Of a DNA stretch of 64,000 nucleotides, positions 1 through 10,768 are shown one piece after another (position 1 is the first letter of the stretch; each line of letters opens with the position of its first letter). Made by a program: the position numbers and the translations under genes. The notes below the pieces were generated by a model. It did not search any database. It saw only the letters and a list, made by a program, of their open reading frames with translations, and was not told the DNA's origin. Origin of the DNA: Thermodesulfobacteriota bacterium (GTDB lineage Bacteria > Desulfobacterota_D > UBA1144 > Nemesobacterales > UBA2774); the NCBI GenBank assembly GCA_965223335.1, contig OZ244991.1:1760001-1824000 (forward strand), given 5' to 3'.

Positions 1-16
1 CGGAGGCTAAACAGCT

Positions 17-388
17 ATGAAAGCAACAAGCTCGAAAGCAAGGCGTCAAATTAGACATAAAAGGGTTCGCAGAAAGCTAGAGGGCACTGCCGAAACCCCA
101 AGGATGGCTGTGTTTAAATCCGCAAAGCACATCTATGTTCAGCTTATAGACGATTCTACTATGAACACGCTCCTATCGGCCTCTTCACTCACGCCCAAGG
201 TCATAGAGACAATCGGGAAAGACAAGATTAAAAAATCAGAGATCGCAAAAACCGTTGGTCAGTATATAGGAGAGCTTGCGGTCGCACAGGGTATAAAGAC
301 GGTACGATTCGACAGGGGTGGCAGTCCGTTTCACGGCAGGGTTAAGTCGCTTGCGGATGGTGCCAGGGAAGCGGGGCTTAAATTCTAG
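17..388 (+). CDS. rplR: 50S ribosomal protein L18
   Basis: PRMAVFKSAKHIYVQLIDD and FDRGGSPFHGRVKSLADGAREAGLKF motifs; GGAGG SD; position before rpsE. Confidence 0.97.
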   Translation: MKATSSKARRQIRHKRVRRKLEGTAETPRMAVFKSAKHIYVQLIDDSTMNTLLSASSLTPKVIETIGKDKIKKSEIAKTVGQYIGELAVAQGIKTVRFDRGGSPFHGRVKSLADGAREAGLKF

Positions 389-427
389 AGCATTTATAAT
401 GCTAGGCAGTAGGTTAAGGAGGCACTT

Positions 428-955
428 TTGCAGAAAGAAAAGATCGATCCCAATGAGCTCGAATTAAAAGAAAAGGTAGTCCACATTCGTAGGGTTGCCA
501 AGGTTACAAAGGGTGGAAAAAGGTTCCACTTCACCGCGTTGGCCGTGGTGGGCAACGAAGACGGTGTCATAGGTTCAGGGCTTGGGAAATCAAATGAAGT
601 GCCCGATGCTATACGTAAGGCCATAGACAAAGCAAAAAAGAGTTTGATCAGGGTGTCGCGCCAGGGCAGTACCATACCGCACGAGATAGTGGGTGTGCAT
701 GTGTCTAGCAACGTAATGCTAAAGCCTGCATCGCCTGGTACCGGTGTTATAGCGGGCGGGGCTGTGCGAGCGGTCATAGAGCTCGCCGGGATACACGATG
801 TGTTGTCCAAGGTGGTGGGTTCCACCAATCCGCTAAACGTTGTAATGGCTGCTATAAACGGGCTTGATTCACTTAGGATGCCCGAGGAAGTTGCAAAAAT
901 TAGAGGCAAAGAACTAAGTGAGCTGGATTTACCGAAATCGGTGCTTAACTTATAA
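428..955 (+). CDS. rpsE: 30S ribosomal protein S5 (TTG start)
   Basis: RRVAKVTKGGKRFHF, PASPGTGVIAGGAVRAV; AAGGAGG SD upstream. Confidence 0.97.
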   Translation: MQKEKIDPNELELKEKVVHIRRVAKVTKGGKRFHFTALAVVGNEDGVIGSGLGKSNEVPDAIRKAIDKAKKSLIRVSRQGSTIPHEIVGVHVSSNVMLKPASPGTGVIAGGAVRAVIELAGIHDVLSKVVGSTNPLNVVMAAINGLDSLRMPEEVAKIRGKELSELDLPKSVLNL

Positions 956-985
956 ATAATAGGAATTTATAAAAGGTGAAAAAAA

Positions 986-1417
986 ATGTTAAATACATTG
1001 TCGCCAAACCCCGGTGCTAAAAAGAAGCGCAAGAGAGTAGGAAGGGGACCGGGTTGTCACGGCAAGACAAGCGGACGCGGTCACAAGGGCCAAAACTCGA
1101 GATCCGGCGGGAAGGTCTCTCCGTGGTTTGAGGGTGGCCAGACCGAGCTCAAACGCAGAACCCCAAAGAGAGGGTTTACCAATATTAACAAGGTTGTCTA
1201 CGACCTGATTAACCTAAGCGACCTAAACAGGTTTAAGAAGGGCGAGGTCGTATCTATAGATGAGTTAATCACAGAGGGGCTTGCGTCGGGCAAGAACTTG
1301 ATAAAAATCCTAGGCAATGGAGAACTGGAAGTAGAGCTAACCGTAAAGGCCCATGCATTCACAAAATCTGCTGCCAAACAGATAGCAGACAAGGGTGGGA
1401 CGATTGAGATCTTATGA
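986..1417 (+). CDS. rplO: 50S ribosomal protein L15
   Basis: RVGRGPG..GKTSGRGHKGQ, FEGGQT..RR.PKRGF. Confidence 0.97.
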   Translation: MLNTLSPNPGAKKKRKRVGRGPGCHGKTSGRGHKGQNSRSGGKVSPWFEGGQTELKRRTPKRGFTNINKVVYDLINLSDLNRFKKGEVVSIDELITEGLASGKNLIKILGNGELEVELTVKAHAFTKSAAKQIADKGGTIEIL

Positions 1418-2733
1418 ACAGAAACGTAGCGTCCATCCCTAGAATCCCCGAATTAAATAAAAGACTGCTGTTCACGGCGTTTATGCTGATCGTCTACAGA
1501 TTCGGGATCTTTGTGCCGATCCCCGGAATCGACCCCGATCAGATACTAAGCTTGTTTGAGCAGACCAAGGGCACTATATTCGACATACTAAACCTGTTTT
1601 CAGGTGGGGCACTAGAGAGGGCTTCGGTCTTTGCACTGGGCGTGATGCCCTATATTACATCTTCTATTATCATGTCGCTTTTGGTAAAGGCTTTTCCCAC
1701 ACTCGAAGCCATGCAAAAAGAGGGTGAAGCGGGGCGGCGCAAGATCAATCAGTACTCTAGATACGGTACGGTTCTTATCTGTGTTGTACAGGGGCTTATG
1801 CTCGCAGTTACCTTGGAAGGCGGGTTCGGCAGCGGTGCGGCTGTAGTGCAGGATCCCGGGTGGGGTTTTAGACTCAATACCGTACTCACACTAACGGCCG
1901 GGTCTTTGTTCATCATGTGGCTTGGCGAGCAGATATCTGAGCGCGGGATCGGAAACGGCATATCGCTTATCATCGCAGCCTCTATCATAGTTGGACTGCC
2001 CGGTGCCGTCTGGGACTTGGTCAGACTTATTAACACTGGGGAAATGAATGTGTTTACATTGACTCTAATAGGTGTACTGCTCCTCGCTATAACAGCGTTT
2101 ATAGTATTTGTAGAAAGGTCCTATAGAAAGATCCCTGTACAGTACCCACGTAGGGTTGTAGGGCGCAAGGTTTATGGAGGGCAGTCTTCACACCTGCCCC
2201 TTAAGACCAATACAGCAGGGGTTATACCACCGATTTTCGCATCATCTCTTTTAATATTCCCGGCTACGGTACTCACGTTCGCCGATGTGCCGTTTTTACA
2301 GAAAATATCCGATATCTTGTTTCAAAATGCCTTTTTCTATAATCTGTTGTTTGCTGTTTTAATAATATTCTTTGCGTATTTCTATACTGCAATCATATAC
2401 AATCCGGACGACCTGGCAGAGAATCTAAGGAAAAACGGCGGGTTCGTCCCGGGGATTAGACCGGGTAAGAGAACCGCAGATCATATTGACAGGATATTAG
2501 GCCGTATCACGTTCATCGGAGCAATTTATGTTGCGGCTGTGTGTGTTATACCTGCTGTTTTAGAGGGAAAGCCGTTTAATCTGCCGTTTTATTTCGGTGG
2601 CACCTCACTATTGATTGTCGTGGGTGTGACGCTCGATTTCGTACAACAGATAGAGTCGTTCTTGATTACTCATAGTTACGAGGGTTTTGTTAAGAAACGG
2701 GGCATGAAAGGGCCTACGAGGTTTAACGTATAG
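1414..2733 (+). CDS. secY: preprotein translocase subunit SecY
   Basis: SVFALGVMPYITSSII, WLGEQISERGIGNGISLII, FGGTSLLIVVGV; multi-TM pattern. Confidence 0.98.
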   Translation: MNRNVASIPRIPELNKRLLFTAFMLIVYRFGIFVPIPGIDPDQILSLFEQTKGTIFDILNLFSGGALERASVFALGVMPYITSSIIMSLLVKAFPTLEAMQKEGEAGRRKINQYSRYGTVLICVVQGLMLAVTLEGGFGSGAAVVQDPGWGFRLNTVLTLTAGSLFIMWLGEQISERGIGNGISLIIAASIIVGLPGAVWDLVRLINTGEMNVFTLTLIGVLLLAITAFIVFVERSYRKIPVQYPRRVVGRKVYGGQSSHLPLKTNTAGVIPPIFASSLLIFPATVLTFADVPFLQKISDILFQNAFFYNLLFAVLIIFFAYFYTAIIYNPDDLAENLRKNGGFVPGIRPGKRTADHIDRILGRITFIGAIYVAAVCVIPAVLEGKPFNLPFYFGGTSLLIVVGVTLDFVQQIESFLITHSYEGFVKKRGMKGPTRFNV

Positions 2734-2755
2734 CATTGGAGAGCGAAAAAAAGAA

Positions 2756-3325
2756 ATGCAATTAATAATATTCGGACCGCCGGGTGCGGGAAAAGGTACA
2801 CAGGCTCAAAACATTGTGGACAATTACGGTACCGATCACCTGTCCACCGGCGATATGCTGCGCGAGGCTGTAAGAAACGGTACTGAGCTGGGTACGTTGG
2901 CCAAGTCCTATATGGACGAAGGCGAGCTTGTTCCCGACGATGTGATAATAGGCATGATCCGGGAAAAGATCACGTCTGAAAATAATTCAAACGGGTTTAT
3001 ACTCGATGGATTCCCAAGGACTATTGCCCAGGCAGATGCACTGTCCGAGATGTTGGATTCCGTCGGCAAAAAGATAGATGTCGTTGTGTCTATAGAGGTG
3101 GATGATAAAGAGATTATAGAAAGGATATTGGAACGCCAAAAGATAGAGGGGCGAGACGACGACACAGAAGAGATAGTGAGGACAAGGCTCGAGGTTTACA
3201 AGAGTCAGACCGAACCGCTTAAATCGTACTACGGTGATAAAGGTGTTTTAAAAGAGGTAGACGGTCTGGGTACGATTGATGATGTGTACGTAAGGATAGA
3301 TAAAATACTTAAGAAATTTACGTAA
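2756..3325 (+). CDS. adk: adenylate kinase, short-LID type
   Basis: GPPGAGKGTQ P-loop, HLSTGDMLR, FILDGFPRT; R..GRDDD without the long LID insert. Confidence 0.96.
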   Translation: MQLIIFGPPGAGKGTQAQNIVDNYGTDHLSTGDMLREAVRNGTELGTLAKSYMDEGELVPDDVIIGMIREKITSENNSNGFILDGFPRTIAQADALSEMLDSVGKKIDVVVSIEVDDKEIIERILERQKIEGRDDDTEEIVRTRLEVYKSQTEPLKSYYGDKGVLKEVDGLGTIDDVYVRIDKILKKFT

Positions 3326-4092
3326 TGATACATTTGAAAAGTAAAGAAGAAATAGATAAAATGCGCTCGGCGGCCATGGTTGTTGTAGAGGCTCTGGAAA
3401 AGCTTAAAGAACAGGCTTCTCCCGGTATATCCACTTGGGATTTAGACAAAATGGCAGAGGAGCACGCGCTCAACAAAGGTGCAAAGCCCGCGTTTAAGGG
3501 ATATTCCAATTACCCTGGCTCAGTGTGTTTTGCGGTCAATAACGAGGTAGTCCACGGTATACCGTCCAAAAAAAAGATACTAAAAGACGGCGATATTGTG
3601 GGGATTGATTTCGGTGTCAATCTAAATGGTTACTTTGGCGATTCGGCAATTACCGTAGCAGTGGGTAAAATAACTCCTTTGGCCGAGAAACTGCTTAGCG
3701 TAACGGCAAAGTCGCTGGCCATGGGAATAGAAAAGGCAAGACCTGTTAATAGGCTATACGACATATCACATGCCATACAGAGTCATGTCGAGAACGAGGG
3801 GTTCTCGATAGTAAGGTCGTTTGTGGGGCATGGGATAGGAAAAAAGCTGCACGAGGAGCCTCAGGTGCCCAATTTTGTGCCCGATAACGGGACACGGGCC
3901 AAGGGGATGAAGTTAAGACCGGGGATGGTAATTGCGATTGAACCGATGGTCAATGTGGGTAGACCGGATGTTAAGGTTTTGAGCGACGGTTGGACAGCCG
4001 TTACAGTAGATGGTACTCTATCTGCCCATTTTGAACACACTGTTGCAATTACAGAGGATGGGCCTATGATATTAACGGATGTAAAACATTGA
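3325..4092 (+). CDS. map: methionine aminopeptidase type I
   Basis: NNEVVHGIP, GHGIGKKLHEEP, IAIEPMV, SAHFEHT. Confidence 0.97.
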   Translation: MIHLKSKEEIDKMRSAAMVVVEALEKLKEQASPGISTWDLDKMAEEHALNKGAKPAFKGYSNYPGSVCFAVNNEVVHGIPSKKKILKDGDIVGIDFGVNLNGYFGDSAITVAVGKITPLAEKLLSVTAKSLAMGIEKARPVNRLYDISHAIQSHVENEGFSIVRSFVGHGIGKKLHEEPQVPNFVPDNGTRAKGMKLRPGMVIAIEPMVNVGRPDVKVLSDGWTAVTVDGTLSAHFEHTVAITEDGPMILTDVKH

Positions 4093-4102
4093 ATAATTTG
4101 TG

Positions 4103-4324
4103 ATGGCAAAAGAAGAAAGAATAGAATTTGAAGGTACTGTGTTGGAAGCGTTACCCAATGCTATGTTTAGAGTCGAGGTTGAAGGTGGGCACGAGGTTCT
4201 GGCCTACGTATCGGGGAAAATGAGGACTAGGTTTATAAGGATACTGCCCGGGGATAAAGTCAAGCTTGAGCTTTCTCCCTACGACCTCACTAAGGGCCGC
4301 ATTACTTACAGGCTTAAGAAATGA
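4103..4324 (+). CDS. infA: translation initiation factor IF-1 (ATG 4103; GTG 4100 alternative)
   Basis: [38 protein letters not shown]. Confidence 0.97.
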   Translation: MAKEERIEFEGTVLEALPNAMFRVEVEGGHEVLAYVSGKMRTRFIRILPGDKVKLELSPYDLTKGRITYRLKK

Positions 4325-4345
4325 TTTTTTAGGAGTGAATGAACA

Positions 4346-4459
4346 TTGAAGGTTCGAGCATCGGTAAAGAAAATTTGCGATAAGTGCAGGATTATCAAAC
4401 GCAGGGGTACCGTGCGTGTGATTTGCACAAATAAGCGGCATAAGCAAAAGCAGGGCTAG
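4346..4459 (+). CDS. rpmJ: 50S ribosomal protein L36 (37 aa, TTG start; not in the ORF track)
   Basis: Manual translation [44 protein letters not shown]; between infA and rpsM; zinc ligands CxxC..C..H. Confidence 0.96.
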   Translation: MKVRASVKKICDKCRIIKRRGTVRVICTNKRHKQKQG

Positions 4460-4471
4460 GAGGACAATATT

Positions 4472-4852
4472 ATGCCTAGAATAGCAGGCGTTGATATTCC
4501 GCTAAACAAGAGAATAGAGATTGGACTTACATATATATATGGGATTGGTAGGCACACATCTGGCCAAATCCTAAGTGAAGCCAACGTCGATCTAAACACC
4601 TATTCCAAGGACCTGACCGACCAAGAGGTGGCTTCCATAAGGGATATTATAGAGAATAAATATATGGTTGAGGGTGACCTCAGAAAAGAGGTCCAGATGA
4701 ATATCAGGCGACTGGTCGAGATCGGTTGCTACAGGGGTGTGAGACATCGTCAGGGGCTTCCGGTCCGCGGTCAAAAGACCAAAGCCAACGCACGAACCAG
4801 AAAAGGCCCACGCGGCACGGCAATAGCGAAAAAGAAAAAGGTAGGTAAATAA
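4472..4852 (+). CDS. rpsM: 30S ribosomal protein S13
   Basis: [37 protein letters not shown]. Confidence 0.98.
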   Translation: MPRIAGVDIPLNKRIEIGLTYIYGIGRHTSGQILSEANVDLNTYSKDLTDQEVASIRDIIENKYMVEGDLRKEVQMNIRRLVEIGCYRGVRHRQGLPVRGQKTKANARTRKGPRGTAIAKKKKVGK

Positions 4853-4872
4853 ACCCGTTTTGGAGTCCAGGT

Positions 4873-5259
4873 ATGGCAACTAAGAAATCTACTAAGAGAA
4901 AGGCAAAGAAGTTCATAGAGCAGGGTGTTGTTAACATCCACGCAACATTTAACAATACACTCATTACTATCAGCGACCCCAAGGGTAATGTAGTTGCCTG
5001 GTCAAGCGGGGGTATGAAGGGGTTTAAAGGTACCAGAAAGGGTACACCGTTTGCAGCGCAAATCGCAGCCGAGGATGCTGCCAAAAAGGCCAGCACATTC
5101 GGCATGAAGAGCGTGTCGGTCTTTGTAAAAGGCCCTGGGCCCGGAAGGGAGCCTGCGATCCGATCGATTCAGGCATCGGGACTGAAAATTACATTTATAC
5201 GCGATATTACACCAATACCACACAACGGGTGTAGACCGCCTGGAAGAAGAAGAGTCTAG
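4873..5259 (+). CDS. rpsK: 30S ribosomal protein S11
   Basis: [29 protein letters not shown]. Confidence 0.98.
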   Translation: MATKKSTKRKAKKFIEQGVVNIHATFNNTLITISDPKGNVVAWSSGGMKGFKGTRKGTPFAAQIAAEDAAKKASTFGMKSVSVFVKGPGPGREPAIRSIQASGLKITFIRDITPIPHNGCRPPGRRRV

Positions 5260-5282
5260 TTAGACGGGAGGAACTTAGTCAA

Positions 5283-5915
5283 GTGGCAAGATATACAGGT
5301 GCTGTATGTAGGTTTTGTAGAAGAGAGGGCATGAAGCTCTATTTAAAGGGCGAGAGGTGCTTCAGCGAGAAGTGCGCTGTAGACCGCCGTCCCGACCAAG
5401 TGCCGGGCGAGCATGGCAAGTTCCGCAGCAGATTCTCCGAGTATGGAATCAGGCTTAGGGAGAAACAGAAGGTAAGGCGTATCTACGGGCTTAACGAGGG
5501 TCAGTTCAGGAAATATTTCGTAAAGGCTTCACGCCTAAAAGGTGTAACCGGTGAACTATTAATCTCGCTACTGGAAAGGCGCCTAGACAATGTTGTTTAC
5601 AGGCTCGGTTTCGCAAGCTCAAGAAAAGAGGCTCGTCAGATGGTTCGCTACGGGCACATCCTTGTAAATGGCCACAGAGTAAACATCCCTTCTTTCCAGA
5701 CCTCTGAGGGTGATGTAATCGAATTAGCGGAAAAAAGCAAAAAGATCGACAGGGTTGCGATGTCACTTGATACCCTTGCTAGGCGAGGCACCCCTGAGTG
5801 GCTTGAGTTGGACAAAGAGAATTACAAAGGAACTATTAAACAACTGCCGGTCAGAGACAACGTAACAGTGCCGATCGAAGAACAGCTCATCGTTGAGTTT
5901 TATTCACGAGTTTAG
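5283..5915 (+). CDS. rpsD: 30S ribosomal protein S4 (zinc-ribbon type, GTG start)
   Basis: [38 protein letters not shown]. Confidence 0.98.
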   Translation: MARYTGAVCRFCRREGMKLYLKGERCFSEKCAVDRRPDQVPGEHGKFRSRFSEYGIRLREKQKVRRIYGLNEGQFRKYFVKASRLKGVTGELLISLLERRLDNVVYRLGFASSRKEARQMVRYGHILVNGHRVNIPSFQTSEGDVIELAEKSKKIDRVAMSLDTLARRGTPEWLELDKENYKGTIKQLPVRDNVTVPIEEQLIVEFYSRV

Positions 5916-5980
5916 TCCCAATAGGGCTTCCGACATTAAATCGTCATCACTGATATTTGTTGTCTATGAATGGAGGGAAC

Positions 5981-7012
5981 ATGGCAAAGGAAATACAAAA
6001 AAACTGGACAGAGATTATAAAACCCAAGAAAATCGAGAAAGATGAGCGCAATGCGTCGAATTTCTATGGGAAGTTCGTCTGTGAACCCCTCGAGCGGGGT
6101 TACGGTGTTACGCTGGGCAATGCTCTTAGACGAGTGCTTCTCTCTTCCATACAGGGACCTGCGGTTACATCAATCAAGGTAGACGGAGTGTTGCACGAGT
6201 TCTCTTCTATCCCCGGAGTAAAAGAGGATGTAACAGAGATTATCCTAAACTTAAAGGGACTGGAGCTCAGCATGCACACCTATGAGCCCCAGGTTATCAC
6301 CATAAGTGCCAAGGGCGAGTGCAACGTTACTGCCGGCGACATTACTACGAACCAGAATATTGAGATACTAAACACCGACCACCATATTGCTTCACTCGCA
6401 GAGGGTGCAGCATTGGAGATGGAGCTAACAGTCGAGATGGGCAGGGGCTACGAACCTGTGGAACGCAGGGGCGAGCTCCAGGGAGTCATAGGCGTAATCC
6501 CTATAGACGCGCTGTTCTCACCTATTAAAAAGGTTAACTATTCCGTGACTAACTCGAGGGTTGGGCGCAGGACCGACTATCAAAAATTAACGATGGAAAT
6601 CTGGACTAACGGTACCATCCTGCCCGAGGATGCATTGGCTTACGCAGCCAAAATCGTTAAGCACCAGCTCACTATCTTTATTAATTTCGATGAGAGCGAG
6701 CTCGACGACCTAGAGGATACCGACGAGAAACAGGATATTAAGGGCACCGAGGAGATACTGTTCAACACAATCGAAGAGATGGATCTTTCGGCCAGGTCGC
6801 TCAACTGCTTACGTAAGGCTGGGGTTGAGTACACGGGGGACTTAGTTCAAAAAACAGAGGAGGACCTGCTCAATCTCGAGAACTTCGGCAAGAGGTCTCT
6901 GTTTGAGATTAAAGAGAGGCTGGTCGAGATGGGTCTTGACCTTGGGTTAAAGATCGACGACGAGGTGTTCCAATCCGAAAAATCCAAGAGGGCAGAGCAA
7001 GTCGCATCATAG
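5981..7012 (+). CDS. rpoA: RNA polymerase alpha subunit (start ATG 5981 after GGAGG)
   Basis: EPLERGYGVTLGNALRRVLLSS, HEFSSIPGVKEDV; alpha-CTD LSARSLNCL..NFGKRSL. Confidence 0.98.
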   Translation: MAKEIQKNWTEIIKPKKIEKDERNASNFYGKFVCEPLERGYGVTLGNALRRVLLSSIQGPAVTSIKVDGVLHEFSSIPGVKEDVTEIILNLKGLELSMHTYEPQVITISAKGECNVTAGDITTNQNIEILNTDHHIASLAEGAALEMELTVEMGRGYEPVERRGELQGVIGVIPIDALFSPIKKVNYSVTNSRVGRRTDYQKLTMEIWTNGTILPEDALAYAAKIVKHQLTIFINFDESELDDLEDTDEKQDIKGTEEILFNTIEEMDLSARSLNCLRKAGVEYTGDLVQKTEEDLLNLENFGKRSLFEIKERLVEMGLDLGLKIDDEVFQSEKSKRAEQVAS

Positions 7013-7045
7013 GTTTAATTTTTCTATAGATTTGGAGACTTAGAA

Positions 7046-8008
7046 ATGAGACATAAAAGAACAGGCCGCAAATTAGGTGTTCCCACAAAACACAGAAGAG
7101 CTATGCTGCGCAATATGGTGACCGATCTGTTCCGCCACGATAGGATCAAAACCACAGACACTAGGGCCAAGGAGCTAAGGCGGGTTGCAGAGAAATTGAT
7201 CACCCTTGCGAAAGACGGTTCACTTCACAAAAGAAGGCAGGCCGCTTCGTACATCAGGGATAAAGAGATACTACAAAAACTCTTCGGCGATATTGCCGAG
7301 AGGTTTACCAACCGCCCCGGTGGTTACACAAGGATTATAAAGCATGGGTATAGGAGGGGCGATAACACCCCGATCTCCATAATAGAGCTTGTAGAAGCTG
7401 GGTTTAAACCCAAGAAGAAGAAAAAGAAAAAAACTACCAAGGCTAAAGACACCGGTACGGCGAAAAAACCCACGGCCAAGAGCTCTAAGAAGGAATCGGC
7501 CGAGGAGCTTGGCTTGACCGAAGAAACCGAGGTCAAAACAGACGATACGGCAGCCACAGAAAAACCAAAAGCAAAAAAATCAAAGACAAAAGAAAAACCC
7601 GAGGCAAAAGCCGCTGTCGACACCACTGAAAGCGCAGCCGAGGTTAAAGAAGAGAACGAACCGGCACCAGAAGCTGCAGAATCCACTCAGGCCGAAGACG
7701 AATCCCCTGTAGTTGAGACCGAGGCCGAGGCTAAGGACACTCAGGAACCAACCGAGACCACATCTGCGGATGAACCTGCAGCAGAAGCACAAGCCACAAC
7801 CGAGGCAGCAGAAGAACCTGCCGTGGAGGACCCGGAGCCAGAGAGTGCCGATACCAAACCAAGTGTTGAGGTAGAGGCCGAACCAAAAGCAGCTGCTGAT
7901 GAAGTTGCAGAAGATACTGCTCCATCTGAAGACGCAGCTCCGGATACAAGCGAAGAGCCGCCTGCGGATTCAGAAGCTGATGAGCCTGCTGATGAAGGTG
8001 AAAAGTAG
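7046..8008 (+). CDS. rplQ: 50S ribosomal protein L17 with long Lys-rich then acidic C-terminal extension
   Basis: MRH...RKLG...[29 protein letters not shown] in the first ~117 aa; remainder is low complexity. Confidence 0.95.
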   Translation: MRHKRTGRKLGVPTKHRRAMLRNMVTDLFRHDRIKTTDTRAKELRRVAEKLITLAKDGSLHKRRQAASYIRDKEILQKLFGDIAERFTNRPGGYTRIIKHGYRRGDNTPISIIELVEAGFKPKKKKKKKTTKAKDTGTAKKPTAKSSKKESAEELGLTEETEVKTDDTAATEKPKAKKSKTKEKPEAKAAVDTTESAAEVKEENEPAPEAAESTQAEDESPVVETEAEAKDTQEPTETTSADEPAAEAQATTEAAEEPAVEDPEPESADTKPSVEVEAEPKAAADEVAEDTAPSEDAAPDTSEEPPADSEADEPADEGEK

Positions 8009-8048
8009 TATCCAACAAAAAATTTAAACTAGTTTTTTATAAAGATTG

Positions 8049-8075
8049 AAAGGGCGGCTCTAACCGCCCTTTTTT
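8049..8075 (+). terminator. intrinsic terminator of the alpha operon
   Basis: AAAGGGCGG-ctctaa-CCGCCCTTT followed by a T run. Confidence 0.9.
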
Positions 8076-8086
8076 ATTGCTTCCCG

Positions 8087-9100
8087 ATGCAAAAGATTGG
8101 ACTCATACTTGACGGCCATACAATATCCGACATAGTCGATCTAGCCGTGTCGGCTGACACTGCCCGGTTTCACTCAGTCTGGGCAACCGAACTATACCGG
8201 ACCTCATTCCAACAGCTCACCCCATGTGCCCTTCGAACTACAAACATTAAACTCGGCACAGCCGTGTCCTTGGCCTTTGTAAGAAGCCCGCTTATCACGG
8301 CCCTAACAGCGCTTGATCTGGACGAGATCTCCGGGGGCAGGTTGATTCTCGGGCTCGGTTCGGGGGCTAAAGGCACCAATGAGAGATGGCACAGCATCAA
8401 ATTCAGCCACCCCGTAAAGAGGATAAAAGAGTGCGTCAATATAATCAGGCAGATCACCTTAAATTTACATACCTGCAACGATATTGAGTTCGAGGGTGAT
8501 TTTTACAAAATCAATACCAGGGGCTACAAAAGGGCATTTGAGCCTCTTAGGGACGAGATCCCTATCTACCTTGCGGGTATAGGCGAGAAGATGACCAGAG
8601 CCTCGGGTGAGGTTGCTGAGGGCTATTTGGGCCATGTAGTGTGTTCATTGAGGTATCTGCGACAAGTCGTCTCTAAAAACATCGAGATAGGACGCGAAGC
8701 ATCTAATAGAGAAAACGAAGAGTTTACACGAGCATCGATTATGACTTGTGCTGTGTCCGATAATATAAGTGATGCCATGCACGCCGCAAGGTCGACTATA
8801 GCGTTTTATGCCACCGTACGTAATTACGAGCCGCCGTTTAAACTCCACGGATTTTTAGGTGAGGTGCAAGCGGTGCGCGATGCGTTTAAGAAAGGTGATG
8901 TGAAAAAAATGATAGAGTCCGTTACGGACGATATGGTAAACACCTTTGCCATTGTGGGCACTAAGGACCAGTGCATAAAGAAGGTAAATGAGTACAGAGA
9001 GGTAATCGACCTACCGATTTTGAGCGCCCCTCATTATTACCTGGATTTCGAACAGGTAAAAACCTATCAACAGGCCATAATTGACACGTTTGGCCAGTAA
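8087..9100 (+). CDS. LLM-class (luciferase-like) flavin/F420-dependent oxidoreductase
   Basis: T.NIKLGTAV, LDEISGGRLILGLGSG, IPIYLAGIG.KM...GEVAEG. Confidence 0.85.
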   Translation: MQKIGLILDGHTISDIVDLAVSADTARFHSVWATELYRTSFQQLTPCALRTTNIKLGTAVSLAFVRSPLITALTALDLDEISGGRLILGLGSGAKGTNERWHSIKFSHPVKRIKECVNIIRQITLNLHTCNDIEFEGDFYKINTRGYKRAFEPLRDEIPIYLAGIGEKMTRASGEVAEGYLGHVVCSLRYLRQVVSKNIEIGREASNRENEEFTRASIMTCAVSDNISDAMHAARSTIAFYATVRNYEPPFKLHGFLGEVQAVRDAFKKGDVKKMIESVTDDMVNTFAIVGTKDQCIKKVNEYREVIDLPILSAPHYYLDFEQVKTYQQAIIDTFGQ

Positions 9101-9212
9101 GATTACCCACGTCACTAGCACGGGATTGCTGGATGTACCTCACTTTGTCACTAAGCGTTACTATCATATTTACTTTCCTAACAACCTGGTTGTGATATCC
9201 TAAAAACTGAAA

Positions 9213-10115
9213 ATGAAAGTACTCGTGTCAGGATCAAGTGGGCTCGTAGGGTCGGCTCTCGTGTCGGAGCTGGGTGCCGAGGGACACACTGTATCCAGGT
9301 TGGTTAGGAGTCGAAGCGGTACGGCCCCTGACAGGATTTTCTGGGACCCGGCAAAGTGGGTTTTGGATCCCGCTGATTTAGAGGGGTACGATGCGATTAT
9401 ACATCTCTCGGGTGAGAATATTGCTGGGAGATGGACACGGGAAAAGAAACTCAGAATTGAACAAAGCAGGGTTGAGAGCACGCGTTTGCTCTCAGAGGCT
9501 ATCATAAGCCTCAAACAGCCTCCCAAGGTATTTCTTTCAGCATCAGCCATCGGTTATTACGGCAACAGAGACGATGAGATCCTTACCGAAGACAGTGTGG
9601 CCGGTGAGGGCTTTTTAGCGGATCTAAGTTGCAGGTGGGAAGATGCCGCTAAACCTCCCAGTTACGCGGGGATTAGAGTAGTTAATCTCCGTATAGGGGT
9701 GGTGCTTAGCTCCAGGGGTGGGGCACTCGAGAAAATGCTGCTGCCCTTTAAGCTTGGGCTTGGGGGCCGGGTCGGCGACGGCGAGCAGTACTGGAGCTGG
9801 ATTGCGATGGATGACCTCATAGGTGCAATATTGTTTGCATTAACCAACGACGAGATTTCGGGCCCGGTCAACTTGGTCTCTCCCAACCCGGTTACAAACA
9901 GCGAATTTACACGTGTGCTTGGCAAGGTCTTAAACCGCCCCACCGTAATACCGCTGCCCTCGATAATAGCCAGGGCTGCTTTTGGGGAAATGGCCGATGA
10001 AGCACTGCTTGCGAGTGTGAGGGTTGTTCCTCAAAAACTATTAGAAAAAGGGTTCGAATTTCAATATACTGATCTAGAGGCAATATTTTACGAGATACTG
10101 AATGAGGGTGATTGA
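9213..10115 (+). CDS. TIGR01777-family NAD-dependent epimerase (YfcH-like)
   Basis: VSGSSGLVG, SASAIGYYG, LRIGVVL..GGAL, SWIAMDD, GPVNLVSPNPVTN. Confidence 0.9.
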   Translation: MKVLVSGSSGLVGSALVSELGAEGHTVSRLVRSRSGTAPDRIFWDPAKWVLDPADLEGYDAIIHLSGENIAGRWTREKKLRIEQSRVESTRLLSEAIISLKQPPKVFLSASAIGYYGNRDDEILTEDSVAGEGFLADLSCRWEDAAKPPSYAGIRVVNLRIGVVLSSRGGALEKMLLPFKLGLGGRVGDGEQYWSWIAMDDLIGAILFALTNDEISGPVNLVSPNPVTNSEFTRVLGKVLNRPTVIPLPSIIARAAFGEMADEALLASVRVVPQKLLEKGFEFQYTDLEAIFYEILNEGD

Positions 10116-10757
10116 ATGACATCAGAACAATCGGGCGACAAGCAGTTTGGTCTTTATGAGTTATTGGAAAGCGATGTAGAAAAATCCCCAATTGCCCAAT
10201 TCGATATTTGGTTCAAGGCAGCTTGCGAGACCGATATTATCCACCCAAACGCGTTTGCTCTGTCTACATCTACCAAAGAGGGAATACCGTCTTCAAGAAT
10301 GCTGTTGCTAAAGGATTTTGACGAAGAGGGCTTTGTTTTTTACAGCAACTGCGAGAGCAAAAAGGGTGGAGAGCTTACAGAGAATAACCATTCCGCTATA
10401 TGTTTTTGGTGGGGCAAGCTCGAGAGACAGGTACGTATTCAGGGCACCGTTACAAGAGTTGCGGACCAAGAGGCCGATGAGTACTTTCACACCAGGCCCA
10501 GAGGTAGTCAGATCGGTGCTTGGGCATCTGCGCAGAGCACTGTAATCCCCGACCGTAAGGTCCTTGACCTCAAGTACTCGGAGATCGAGGAAAAATACAA
10601 GGACATGGAAATCCCGCGCCCACCCTATTGGATAGGCTATCGTCTGAGTCCTTTATCAATTGAGTTCTGGCAGGGCAGGTTAAACAGACTCCACGATAGA
10701 CTGCGCTATACTAAGTCCGGCGACGGTGATTGGGTCATTGAACGGCTCGCACCATAA
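10116..10757 (+). CDS. pdxH: pyridoxamine 5'-phosphate oxidase
   Basis: PSSRMLLLK, RQVRIQG, YFHTRPRGSQIGAWASAQS, EFWQGR.NRLHDR. Confidence 0.95.
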   Translation: MTSEQSGDKQFGLYELLESDVEKSPIAQFDIWFKAACETDIIHPNAFALSTSTKEGIPSSRMLLLKDFDEEGFVFYSNCESKKGGELTENNHSAICFWWGKLERQVRIQGTVTRVADQEADEYFHTRPRGSQIGAWASAQSTVIPDRKVLDLKYSEIEEKYKDMEIPRPPYWIGYRLSPLSIEFWQGRLNRLHDRLRYTKSGDGDWVIERLAP

Positions 10758-10768
10758 ACAGTAGTTGT

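Noticed and set aside
394..7792. Antisense ORFs over ribosomal genes (e.g. 394-909, 4704-5105, 7324-7686) and similar shadow ORFs throughout the window
   Set aside because: They overlap well-supported genes on the other strand or frame and have no motifs
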